From: a virus
Lineage: Duplodnaviria > Caudoviricetes
IMG/VR virus record: IMGVR_UViG_3300025892_000008
Strand: one strand, 5' to 3'
Length of the DNA: 64,000 nucleotides
Made by a program: the position numbers and the translations under genes. This document shows positions 34,981 through 44,180 of the stretch, piece after piece. Position 1 is the first letter of the stretch; each line of letters starts with the position of its first letter. The notes beneath the pieces were generated by a model. The model was not told where the DNA came from, did no database searches, and was given only the letters and a program-made list of their open reading frames with translations.

Positions 34981-35578
34981 CTGATAATCCCATTCCTTGT
35001 CTTACAGCAGCGAATAATTCGTCCGCATGTTCTCCAGCACCTGTATGCTGTATAAACTTTTTAATATCGTTGTTTGCAGCATCTTCTCTTGCTTTTGTAC
35101 CGCTTATTCCTTCAACTCCGTCAGCGCCGTCTTCTCTTGCGCCAGCACTTACAAACTCAAGGGTTTCAAATTTGTATTTAATTTCTAAAGGACCTTTTTT
35201 GCCTTCAGTCTTGCCGTTGTAGGCTACTAAACTATCGTATAAATTTTTTCTGTCATCACCACCTACAAATGTTGCATGTGTATAGTTTTGGTCATTTAAA
35301 TATTCAGCAACTTTTGTAATTGTGTTTAGATTAGTATCTTCTATTACATTTTCTGCATAGTCGGAATGTATCTTTCTAATAAAGTCTATCTTAGTAGAAT
35401 AGTCTAAAGGATTCTTTTTAGAGTCTTGTGATTGTGTAGTAAAAATTTTCATATCACCACCTTGTGCAGACATCTTTTTAAAGACTTCTTTATGCCCAAG
35501 TGTAGGAGGATTAAACCTTCCAAAGCAGAAAGTTACATGTTTGTCTGTGTCTGCTTCAAATAGTTCTCTAATTTTCAT
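34943..35578 (-). CDS. HIGH-superfamily nucleotidyltransferase (cytidyltransferase/NMNAT-like)
   Basis: FGRFNPPTLGH, KNPLDY, VGGDDR and ISGTKAR motifs; starts MKIRELFE. Confidence 0.8.
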   Translation of the reverse strand: MKIRELFEADTDKHVTFCFGRFNPPTLGHKEVFKKMSAQGGDMKIFTTQSQDSKKNPLDYSTKIDFIRKIHSDYAENVIEDTNLNTITKVAEYLNDQNYTHATFVGGDDRKNLYDSLVAYNGKTEGKKGPLEIKYKFETLEFVSAGAREDGADGVEGISGTKAREDAANNDIKKFIQHTGAGEHADELFAAVRQGMGLSDEEPEDDQNERS

Positions 35579-35906
35579 AGTCGCCACGCTCTATAAATTT
35601 TTCTTGTTCACCACAAATACTTCTTGCCATGTTAATAAGTGTTTCTTTTGTAAATTTACTTCCATCATTATCATCAATACCATACTTTGTACAATACATT
35701 TCTTTACACTTTTGTATAGGTTTGATATAAATTTTATATGCATCAGGATGTCCTGCATATTTTTTATGCTTTTTAATTGCAGGGAACATTACATTAGATG
35801 TAACATCATTGTCATTATTCATGAAGAATTTTAAATCTTCTAACCAGTTAATATCCTGGTTTTCTTCTGGTGCACCTATAGGCGAAAATAATTCGTTTAG
35901 TCTCAT
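35568..35906 (-). CDS. hypothetical protein
   Basis: 112 aa; starts MRLNELF. Confidence 0.75.
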   Translation of the reverse strand: MRLNELFSPIGAPEENQDINWLEDLKFFMNNDNDVTSNVMFPAIKKHKKYAGHPDAYKIYIKPIQKCKEMYCTKYGIDDNDGSKFTKETLINMARSICGEQEKFIERGDYEN

Positions 35907-36998
35907 TTACCACTTCCTACATGACCAGTAACGTGCTTTTGTACGCGGTCCTGGATTATCACAGTTGTGTCTTGCTCTAAAAGATTTTCTACGCTTAGGA
36001 TTAGATTTCTTAATACGCATATTTGGATCACCAAAGTTTACTTTTTTAATGTTCTTAGTTTTTGGATCACGTACATATACTTTAAACTTCTTAACATCGC
36101 CTTGCATAGGCTTGCCAAGTTTTACTTTGCGTCCTTGGTATTCTGCTTCGTCTACAATATCTTCATGCCAAGGTAGGTATCCGTAATACTCATAGAACTC
36201 CTCACCTTCGAATGTTTGCTCATCTTCTTCGTTAGTATCCAAGCCAGAAAGTTCTTTAACTCGATTAAGTTCTTCGTTATTAGTTGATTCATCAGCGTCA
36301 CCTGACTGAACTTTATCAATAATTCTTGCATTCGTATCAATGTCATCATCGCCTGTAATTTTTTCAATTTCATCCAGAAACGCTTTTGTAATTGGCATTT
36401 CGTCAACGTGTCCTAGCGGATCATTTTCAAATTCTTCTTCGCCGTATTTTTCCCTCATTGCTTCAGCCTCATTTTCTTCAACAAAGTCTGTAGTAATGCC
36501 TGAGTTCAATGCCCACTGTATGTAACCGTCTGGTAATCTGTCTCCGTTACCGCCTCTGAACTTAGAGAATTTTTCAACCAAATCGGAAATCATTCCATAC
36601 ATTTCATTTGAAACTTCACTACTATTTTCACCTACGTTTTCACCTTGCGAGTATTTGTTATCACGTTCAGCGTATTGTTCTTCAGCATCTTCTTGAGCTG
36701 AACGTAGTATTTCTTCTGCGTCTACACCACCATAATTCATAATCATATCTGTATCATTTTGCACATCATATCCTAATTTACTACTTGGATTATTACCATA
36801 TGCGTGTACTTCAATTGATTTTGGATCTACTACTGGTTTGCCATCTACTATTTTAGCAGTATAATGGATGTCGGCTCCTTCTGGTTCACCATCATCTCCG
36901 GATACTTCGAAGTCTTCAATCTCACCTTTAAATTCTTCAGGATCAAATCCCTCTTGGGTTGACTCAAATAGTGTAAGTTTATTCAGTAGGTCTCGCAT
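35907..36998 (-). CDS. very acidic modular protein with basic C-terminal domain
   Basis: 363 aa; ELNRVKELSGL module; C-terminal KKVNFGDP...RRKSFRARHNC...ARYWSC; CTAAATA upstream. Confidence 0.75.
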   Translation of the reverse strand: MRDLLNKLTLFESTQEGFDPEEFKGEIEDFEVSGDDGEPEGADIHYTAKIVDGKPVVDPKSIEVHAYGNNPSSKLGYDVQNDTDMIMNYGGVDAEEILRSAQEDAEEQYAERDNKYSQGENVGENSSEVSNEMYGMISDLVEKFSKFRGGNGDRLPDGYIQWALNSGITTDFVEENEAEAMREKYGEEEFENDPLGHVDEMPITKAFLDEIEKITGDDDIDTNARIIDKVQSGDADESTNNEELNRVKELSGLDTNEEDEQTFEGEEFYEYYGYLPWHEDIVDEAEYQGRKVKLGKPMQGDVKKFKVYVRDPKTKNIKKVNFGDPNMRIKKSNPKRRKSFRARHNCDNPGPRTKARYWSCRKW

Positions 36999-37049
36999 AA
37001 TATAATTCCTTTATTAGATTTATACTATATTTAGCGTTAAATGTAAAGT

Positions 37050-37421
37050 TTAATAGTTATATCGGACTTCGCGGATTGTGCCGTTTTGAAGTTCATACTT
37101 GGCTCTAATCCATACAAACTTGCCAGTAAACGTACTTGAAACATCATAATCAACAGCATCAGTGTTGTTAGGTTGATTGTAATATGTGCTATCACCTGCA
37201 AACGTGTTAACTTCTACCCAGTCTGTATCGTCATCACTTGGATACTGCTCTAGTGTGCCTTGTATAGTAATGCTACCTAAAAACGCATTTACAACGGTAT
37301 ATAGCGTGTGTATACCGTCACCATTCTTATAATACCCACCGCCTATCTTCTTTTCACTATATTGTGCTGAAGATGCTGTTGAATCTATGTTCTGTAGTAA
37401 TATGTTAGTTCCGTTGATCAT
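37050..37421 (-). CDS. hypothetical beta-rich protein
   Basis: 123 aa; ATAAATA 4 nt upstream of the ATG. Confidence 0.75.
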   Translation of the reverse strand: MINGTNILLQNIDSTASSAQYSEKKIGGGYYKNGDGIHTLYTVVNAFLGSITIQGTLEQYPSDDDTDWVEVNTFAGDSTYYNQPNNTDAVDYDVSSTFTGKFVWIRAKYELQNGTIREVRYNY

Positions 37422-37428
37422 ACTGTAT

Positions 37429-38106
37429 TTATCGGTTTAATATATATTTGAAAACCTTGCCTATTAAGTTAGGTGCTCGTAATTGTAACATTAATAATGT
37501 ATTATCATCCGCTACTTGGATGTATCTTCTATCGTAATTTTCACTTGTAACAACTAACCATCTATAAACACTTTCAGTAAATGTAACGTTAGGAACCTGT
37601 TTAGACAACCAGTCAGCCACACTTTTTCTTGAACTAGCATCTAGTTTATGCGGGTGTAAGTATACTCGGTATTGATATTTGTTATAAGGTAACTCATTAA
37701 CATAAATTTTCTTATTACTATTCAAGATAGTGTTTTCTGTACCTTGTTTAGGTTGGGCTCTATACTTTACATATTCTGTAAATTCTTTACCTAATTGATC
37801 ATATAGATTAAAATTATTAGTGTATAAGTCAATATAATTACCTTCTAATCTTTTACCAAAGGATTTACTATCAAATGCATTTAACATCAAGCAAAGTTTT
37901 ATCCAACTTTCGTGATTTTCAGTTACATCTTCCACAACATCTTTACGCCAAGGTTCTTGATCTTTAAATCCATTCTGACATATATCTAACAGTTGAGAAA
38001 AATTATACCAGCGTAATGCGCTTGCACCCGGCATTCTCAGAGTAATTTTATAAATGTATTTGTTATAAAATTTCTTTTTAGTTGTCTTGGCTGTCGGCAG
38101 TTTCAT
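37429..38106 (-). CDS. hypothetical protein
   Basis: 225 aa ORF. Confidence 0.7.
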   Translation of the reverse strand: MKLPTAKTTKKKFYNKYIYKITLRMPGASALRWYNFSQLLDICQNGFKDQEPWRKDVVEDVTENHESWIKLCLMLNAFDSKSFGKRLEGNYIDLYTNNFNLYDQLGKEFTEYVKYRAQPKQGTENTILNSNKKIYVNELPYNKYQYRVYLHPHKLDASSRKSVADWLSKQVPNVTFTESVYRWLVVTSENYDRRYIQVADDNTLLMLQLRAPNLIGKVFKYILNR

Positions 38107-40417
38107 TTTCAGGCTTCTTTGCTGCTGCTTTTGCTGCTTTACGTTCTGCTTTAGTTAAGATTTTAGGAGCAGGAGCAAATGCAAACACGGGTTTATCATT
38201 GTCAATTGTTACATTAACTATTCCGCCATCTACTAATTCACCAAATAAAACTTGCTTACTGAGTGGTGTTTTAATTTCTGCATCTATCAATCTACCTAAC
38301 GGCCTAGCACCCATTTTCTTACTATACCCTTTTCCTGCTAACCATGAAATAGTTTCTTCATTTAGTTTGATAGTAATGTTTTTATCTTTTACTTGACCAT
38401 TAAGTTCTTTAATAAATTTTAAAACAATTTCTTTTACAACAGATTTTGATAACTTGCCAAACTTAACAGTAGCATCTAGTCTATTTCTAAACTCTGGAGC
38501 AAAAAAGTTTTTAACTGCTTTTTCATCTTCATCAAATCTTTCTAGGTCATCAAATCCAATAGTATTATTTTCGTTATCAGCAGCACCTAAGTTACTAGTC
38601 ATAATGAGTATACTATTTCTACCATCTGCTTGTTTACCATTTGATCCTGTTACAAAACCATTATCCATAAACTGTAACAAAATATTAGACACATCTTGAT
38701 GTGCTTTTTCTATTTCGTCAAGTAGTAATATAGCATTAGGTGTTTCTTGTAATTTAGTAATCAACTGTCCTGCATTTTCATCAAAGCCTACATATCCTGG
38801 AGGCGCACCAATTAATCTTGCAACACTATGCTTCTCTTGATACTCACTCATATCGAATCGTATCAATGACATGCCCATCTTTTCTGCAAGTTGTTTTGCT
38901 GTTTCTGTTTTACCACAGCCTGTAGGACCTAAGAATAAAAAACTACCAATAGGCTTATCAGGGGACTTTAGTCCTGCTTGTGCAACAAAAATTTTATCAA
39001 GTAATTTATCTACTGCATCATCTTGACCAAAAATACTTTTCTTCATAGCCGGTTCAAGATTATGTAAATTTTTACTTTCTTTCTGTGCTACTGTTTCTAA
39101 AGGCATTTTAATCATTTTAGATAATTCATAAGTAACTTGTTCTACATCAACTACTTGTGTAATACCTTCTTCAACAGGATCATCGTTTAGTTTATAACGT
39201 GCAGAAGCACAGTCAATAATATCGATGGCTTTATCAGGAAGTTTTTTATCTGATATGTATTTTATAGATAATTTTACAGCCTGTTCAATTGCTTCAGATG
39301 TAATATTAACATTATGATGTTGCTCATAGTATTTTTTCAAACCTTTAAGTATTTTAATTGTTACTTCTGCTGTAGGCTCGTCAACTGTTACACGTTGGAA
39401 TCTACGCATTAATGCACGATCCTTTTCAAAGTACTTGCGATACTCTTCCCAAGTAGTTGAAGCAATAACTTTCATACCACCTTTACTTAATGCTGGCTTT
39501 AACATATTTGCTAAATCATTTGAACTTTGACTTGCTGTACCTGCGCCTGACATCATATGTGCTTCATCTATGAATAAGATAATTTTACCTTTTCTTTCTA
39601 GAGCACCTAAGACTGCTTTAATTCTTTCTTCAAAATCACCTCTGTATTTAGAGCCAGCAACTAATGATCCTATATCTAAATTATATACTGTATGATCTTG
39701 TATAAATTTAGGTACTTTCTTTTCGTGTATCTTACGTGCTAGTCCTTCTGCAATAGCAGTTTTACCAACACCTGGATCTCCTACCATTAATACATTTGAC
39801 TTAGTTCTACGTGCTAATACAAGTTCAATATCTTCTAACTCGGGATCTCTTCCAATTACAGGATCAATTGTTTTTTGTTTAGCCTTCAATGATAGGTTAT
39901 CACAAAATTGATTTATTATTTTATCTAATTGATCATTTGTAAGGGGTCCTGACCCGCTTTCGTTTTCAAAAAATTCATCTTCTTCAATATAATGTTTTTG
40001 AAAGTGCTGAACAAATTTTTCTTTTATAATCCCGCCTTTTGTTAAGAAGTAAAAAGCAAAACTATTTTTTTCGGATAGTACACTAACTATAACATCAGCA
40101 ATTTCCATTTGGTTTCTACCGCTGAATAATACTTGTGTAAAGCATCTATTCAGTACACGTTCTACACTGTTAGTTTTCCTAGGTAGTGTGTTATCATTAG
40201 ATTCGATATCTTTTAAATTGTTTTTCAAGTAATGATCAAGATTAGATTTTATATAATCAACATCAGCACCGTATTCCTTCAGACCTGCTGATGACTCTTT
40301 ATCGGCAACAATTGCAAAAATAAGATGTTCTAATGTAATTAATCTATGTTTGTAGGATTTGGTTATTTCTACAGAACTATCGAAAATCTTTTGTAATTGT
40401 TTACTTGGCTCAATCAT
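38078..40417 (-). CDS. clpA: ClpA-type AAA+ unfoldase
   Basis: Clp N-domain (ITLEHL); GDPGVGKT/FIDEAH; GPTGCGKT/LLDEIEK; IGF loop; MGARPL; no ClpB middle domain. Confidence 0.92.
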   Translation of the reverse strand: MIEPSKQLQKIFDSSVEITKSYKHRLITLEHLIFAIVADKESSAGLKEYGADVDYIKSNLDHYLKNNLKDIESNDNTLPRKTNSVERVLNRCFTQVLFSGRNQMEIADVIVSVLSEKNSFAFYFLTKGGIIKEKFVQHFQKHYIEEDEFFENESGSGPLTNDQLDKIINQFCDNLSLKAKQKTIDPVIGRDPELEDIELVLARRTKSNVLMVGDPGVGKTAIAEGLARKIHEKKVPKFIQDHTVYNLDIGSLVAGSKYRGDFEERIKAVLGALERKGKIILFIDEAHMMSGAGTASQSSNDLANMLKPALSKGGMKVIASTTWEEYRKYFEKDRALMRRFQRVTVDEPTAEVTIKILKGLKKYYEQHHNVNITSEAIEQAVKLSIKYISDKKLPDKAIDIIDCASARYKLNDDPVEEGITQVVDVEQVTYELSKMIKMPLETVAQKESKNLHNLEPAMKKSIFGQDDAVDKLLDKIFVAQAGLKSPDKPIGSFLFLGPTGCGKTETAKQLAEKMGMSLIRFDMSEYQEKHSVARLIGAPPGYVGFDENAGQLITKLQETPNAILLLDEIEKAHQDVSNILLQFMDNGFVTGSNGKQADGRNSILIMTSNLGAADNENNTIGFDDLERFDEDEKAVKNFFAPEFRNRLDATVKFGKLSKSVVKEIVLKFIKELNGQVKDKNITIKLNEETISWLAGKGYSKKMGARPLGRLIDAEIKTPLSKQVLFGELVDGGIVNVTIDNDKPVFAFAPAPKILTKAERKAAKAAAKKPENETADSQDN

Positions 40418-40943
40418 TTTTTAATTTCTTCCTTAATTTGTTTAATTTCTTTAATGCTAATTGTAACTTCAACCGACTCACTCTGTCAACAAAACAAATG
40501 CCATTTAGGTGATCAAATTCATGTTGAAAGCATTTTGCAAGATAACCTTGTATCTTTGCTTCTTTGGTTTCTCCTTGTGCATTCTGCCATTGCCCAACTA
40601 TCCAAGAAGGTCTTGTAACTTTAATTAGTAATCCTGGATAACTTAAACAACCTTCTGTATCCATTACTGTTTCATTACTTGCTTCTAATATTGTAGGATT
40701 AAACAATGCAAAAGGCTTAGGAAAATTTGGTATATCTTTACTACCCATTACAAAAACTCTTTTTTTCAAATCTATTTGATTTGCAGCAAGTCCAATACCT
40801 TTATTGTTAAGCATGAAATTACACATATCCCATTCAAGTTTTTCAGGATCATACTTTTCGTTATCAAAATCCCATACTTCACTTTGTTGGTTAAGTGCTT
40901 CGTGCAGCCCTAACTTGTAATCTATGTCTAGTTTATATTCCAT
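40410..40943 (-). CDS. def: peptide deformylase
   Basis: GIGLAANQ, EGCLS and QHEFDHLNG motifs. Confidence 0.93.
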   Translation of the reverse strand: MEYKLDIDYKLGLHEALNQQSEVWDFDNEKYDPEKLEWDMCNFMLNNKGIGLAANQIDLKKRVFVMGSKDIPNFPKPFALFNPTILEASNETVMDTEGCLSYPGLLIKVTRPSWIVGQWQNAQGETKEAKIQGYLAKCFQHEFDHLNGICFVDRVSRLKLQLALKKLNKLRKKLKND

Positions 40944-41772
40944 GTTTTATGTTTCTTAGTTTGTTTCTTTGTTCTTCATTATATTTAGGTATGTCTGCTT
41001 TTATTCTTATTTGTAAATTGCCTCTTATCTTAGTACTAATATTAGGCAAGCCCTCTCCTTTACAACTTAATAAAGTGTCTGGTTGTGTGCCAGCAGGTAT
41101 ATTAATTTCAATGCTTCTGTTGTCAATAGTAGCAACTTGAGCTTTTGCACCTAACATTAAATCCCATGCATCAACTTTAACTTCACATAGTATATTATCC
41201 CCGTAACGTTGAAAGCGGTGGTGATTGCGAATGCGTATTTGTACATGTAGGTCACCTGCAGGTACATTTGGAATATTTTGTTCACCCATTCCTCTATATC
41301 TAATTGTTTGACCGTGTTCAACACCTTTAGGTATATCAACAGTAACTACTTTAGTCCTTCCTGTTGGAAGTTGTATTTCCATCCCTATAGTTTTACCACG
41401 TAACACATCTTCTAATGTTACGTCTACAGCAACATTAATAGGACGGTTGACTGGTCTTCTTGCACCGCCTTGTCCAAAAAACGAACTGAATATATCATCC
41501 ATCCCGCCACTAAATGGTGAACCATTAAAGTTAAATTCAAAATTCTGAGAATTATATCTACGTTGGTTAGGATCAGTAGTTCCGAACTGATCATACATCT
41601 GTTTCTTTTGCGGGTCGTTAAGAGTTTGGTATGCTTCGTTTATTTCTTTAAACTTAGAATCGTCACCTCCTGTACGATCAGGATGGTGGGTCATTGACTG
41701 TTTTTTGTAAGCCTTTTTTATTTCTTGTTGGCTTGCATTTCTGCCAATGCCTAGTGTTGAATAATAGTCCAT
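40933..41772 (-). CDS. dnaJ: DnaJ/CbpA-type chaperone (no zinc finger)
   Basis: J domain with HPD, G/F-rich linker and C-terminal substrate-binding domain (GDL, GNL). Confidence 0.9.
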   Translation of the reverse strand: MDYYSTLGIGRNASQQEIKKAYKKQSMTHHPDRTGGDDSKFKEINEAYQTLNDPQKKQMYDQFGTTDPNQRRYNSQNFEFNFNGSPFSGGMDDIFSSFFGQGGARRPVNRPINVAVDVTLEDVLRGKTIGMEIQLPTGRTKVVTVDIPKGVEHGQTIRYRGMGEQNIPNVPAGDLHVQIRIRNHHRFQRYGDNILCEVKVDAWDLMLGAKAQVATIDNRSIEINIPAGTQPDTLLSCKGEGLPNISTKIRGNLQIRIKADIPKYNEEQRNKLRNIKHGI

Positions 41773-41840
41773 AATATTAAAGCATCCTCCTTAAGCAATG
41801 CTCTAGTATTTAATCTATTTTAGTTGGGTGCGGAAATTTT

Positions 41841-42140
41841 CTACTTATCTGATTTTTTAGATGTACCTGTGTACAATCCAAACCAAGCAGCACCAGCACC
41901 AACTACAATACTAATTAAACCTGATTGTTCCATAGTAGGAGTAGGTAAATTCATATACCAAATTACACACTTGTATAATAACACAATGTATACAGTTAAG
42001 AATAATCTTGGAAATATTCTCCAAGCATCAACTGCTTTGGCTAAATGAATTAATCCTTGATATGGATTTTGTGAACTATCAGTAGTTGTTGTATCTACTT
42101 CAAGATCAATTTGTACACTCTTTTTAATTGGATCGCTCAT
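41841..42140 (-). CDS. putative holin-like 2-TM membrane protein
   Basis: Two TM segments next to the spanins; ATAAATA at 42177-42171. Confidence 0.45.
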   Translation of the reverse strand: MSDPIKKSVQIDLEVDTTTTDSSQNPYQGLIHLAKAVDAWRIFPRLFLTVYIVLLYKCVIWYMNLPTPTMEQSGLISIVVGAGAAWFGLYTGTSKKSDK

Positions 42141-42173
42141 TGTGTTTCTACCCTCTTTGTTTTATATACGTAT

Positions 42174-42557
42174 TTATTCAGTTGTGGCTTCTTTTTCGCC
42201 TTCATAATATTCACGATACTGTTCAAGTGTTAATCCTTGTTGTATCATATAAGCACGTATTTGTGCGAAGTTTTTAGATAATAATTCGTAATCTTCGTCA
42301 CTTAAACCAAACAGTACAGGGTCTTTGCCTTGCTCTTTCATTTTAGCAAATACTTCTGCTGCATTTTCTGAAGTGATTATGATCCAACGAACTTCCTCTA
42401 ATTTAGGAGTTTCAGGATTAGCAAGATTAAGAGGTGCTCTTTCTACTTCAGTTTTAAATACGTCTAACTTTGATACAGTGCTGCAACTAGTAAGGAACGT
42501 AGTTAGGATTAGCAAGACTAGGGCACTCAGAATTGATCTGTGATTTCTTAGTAGCAT
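42174..42557 (-). CDS. o-spanin-like lipoprotein
   Basis: Signal peptide with lipobox LTSC (Cys25); overlaps the i-spanin 3' end. Confidence 0.7.
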   Translation of the reverse strand: MLLRNHRSILSALVLLILTTFLTSCSTVSKLDVFKTEVERAPLNLANPETPKLEEVRWIIITSENAAEVFAKMKEQGKDPVLFGLSDEDYELLSKNFAQIRAYMIQQGLTLEQYREYYEGEKEATTE

Positions 42558-42972
42558 TTTTCTCTTTCTCCGTTAGTGGTGCGCCCATAGCAATTTCTAC
42601 ACATCTCATTGCTTTTTTGGTTGCGCTGTTAACAACACGTTCAACTGATGTTGGACGTTCTTCGGCAAGTTTTCCTATATCACGGACCTCACCTTGTCCG
42701 TTTATCTTATTAAAACGTTTGTCAAGTGCTTTGAATTCTGTTTGCAATACTCTGTTCTTATCTTCAAGTTCTTTGTTAGCAGACAATATAGCAGTAAAAT
42801 CTTTTTTCTGTTGTTCAATTACAGACTGTTGTTCAGACACACTGTCTAATAGTTTAGCATTATTTGCTTCACTAGTTGCAAGATCAGACTTTAATGTTTT
42901 TACATACAAAAAGCCGCCGCCTGCACCTGCTAACATAATTACAATCATCGCTATTTTAATTGATCCAAACAT
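42487..42972 (-). CDS. i-spanin-like protein
   Basis: N-terminal TM helix followed by a long coiled coil. Confidence 0.7.
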   Translation of the reverse strand: MFGSIKIAMIVIMLAGAGGGFLYVKTLKSDLATSEANNAKLLDSVSEQQSVIEQQKKDFTAILSANKELEDKNRVLQTEFKALDKRFNKINGQGEVRDIGKLAEERPTSVERVVNSATKKAMRCVEIAMGAPLTEKEKNATKKSQINSECPSLANPNYVPY

Positions 42973-43187
42973 TATGCTTCTACCAGTTTAATAAAGTCGC
43001 CAACAGTTTGAACGTTGGCTTCGTCTTCTTCTGAAATTGTTACACCTGTTGCTTTTTGAATAGCAACTGCTAACTCGATAATATCAAATTCATCAGCACC
43101 TAAATCGTCCATTAAATTTGCTTCTGGTACAACTTTAGATTCATCAATACCTAAGTGTTCTGCTACTGCTTTAATTACTTTTTTCAT
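42972..43187 (-). CDS. acyl carrier protein homologue lacking the phosphopantetheine serine
   Basis: LGIDESKV...DDLGADEFDIIEL...TVGD aligns to AcpP DLGADSLDTVEL with Ser changed to Glu (codon GAA). Confidence 0.85.
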   Translation of the reverse strand: MKKVIKAVAEHLGIDESKVVPEANLMDDLGADEFDIIELAVAIQKATGVTISEEDEANVQTVGDFIKLVEA

Positions 43188-43314
43188 CTACTTTTTCCTC
43201 TTGGTAACGTGGATATGTACAAACAATTATTTCTATTGGTTTGTTGTCTCCATCCATAAATGTTTCGATTAATCTGCCTTCGTGTGCTCTTCCACAATTT
43301 TGACAGGTAAGCAT
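43171..43314 (-). CDS. 47-aa putative Zn-binding protein (not in the ORF track)
   Basis: Hand-translated MLTCQNCGRAHEG...IIVCTYPRY; TAATG-coupled to the endolysin. Confidence 0.6.
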   Translation of the reverse strand: MLTCQNCGRAHEGRLIETFMDGDNKPIEIIVCTYPRYQEEKVDEKSN

Positions 43315-44180
43315 TAGTCTAACAGTTTTTCCAATGTTGCAGGACCAGCAATGCCATCAGCAACTAAGCCATTTGACATTTGCCATTGCTTCAATGCACG
43401 TTCAGTGCCAGGACCAAAGTCACCGTCAGCGCCAATACCTAATGCTTCTTGCATCATCTTAACACCTTCGCCTTTACATCCTTTACGTAGTACACCGATA
43501 TCATCAACATCAATGTGTCCTTCGTCTGTACCTAAATCGTCTGCATCCATACCTAATACTTTAAGTGCGTGTGCATAACGCTTTTGTCTATCTTCTAAAC
43601 CAATGTTACCGCCATTGATCTTTTTAGTCATTTTAACTACATTGTCTGTGTCAGCAATATTGTTAAGTTTAGTTGTGTCCCAGAACCAACAAGCACTTTC
43701 AATTGCACCTGCAGGAGTTGCAACATAATCTGATGCTTCCTCTGCTGTCTTACCAATACTTTCGCCAAACTTTGTATAGTTGTAACGACCAGTAAGTTGT
43801 TTTAATCCACGTCCACGGAATCTCCATCCGTCACCTTCGTTAACATTACCCATCTTGTATTTGCGATATGTGTCATTGTATACACGGTTAGCAATCATTT
43901 CTGGGTTACGAGCATACTCTGCTGCATCTGCTTTTGGAGCATTACCAAAGTAACGACCAAACACTGCACGTAATGCCTTTTCACTGTAGTTTAAATTTTC
44001 TTCTAATTTTTTAAAGCCTGCACTTTCGTGAGCGCACTGACTTAGGAAGTGTGCTACTCTACGTTCTGTTGTGATACCATACTTAGGTAATAGTTCACAT
44101 AGCGCATCATACCAGTTATCAGGATTATCAGAAATAATCTCTCCTAGGTGCGCTTTAGTAAATTCAAATTCAAAACTCAT
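43314..44180 (-). CDS. GH19 chitinase-like endolysin with C-terminal peptidoglycan-binding domain
   Basis: FLSQCAHES, ENLNYS, FRGRGLKQLTG and INGG motifs; PG-binding GADGDFGPGT...ADGIAGPAT. Confidence 0.9.
   Translation of the reverse strand: MSFEFEFTKAHLGEIISDNPDNWYDALCELLPKYGITTERRVAHFLSQCAHESAGFKKLEENLNYSEKALRAVFGRYFGNAPKADAAEYARNPEMIANRVYNDTYRKYKMGNVNEGDGWRFRGRGLKQLTGRYNYTKFGESIGKTAEEASDYVATPAGAIESACWFWDTTKLNNIADTDNVVKMTKKINGGNIGLEDRQKRYAHALKVLGMDADDLGTDEGHIDVDDIGVLRKGCKGEGVKMMQEALGIGADGDFGPGTERALKQWQMSNGLVADGIAGPATLEKLLD

Noticed and set aside
41773-41813. AGCAT/ATGCT hairpin around the dnaJ SD
   Set aside because: It is a 5-bp AT-rich stem likely to arise by chance and lies wholly downstream of the promoter, so it gives no switch logic.
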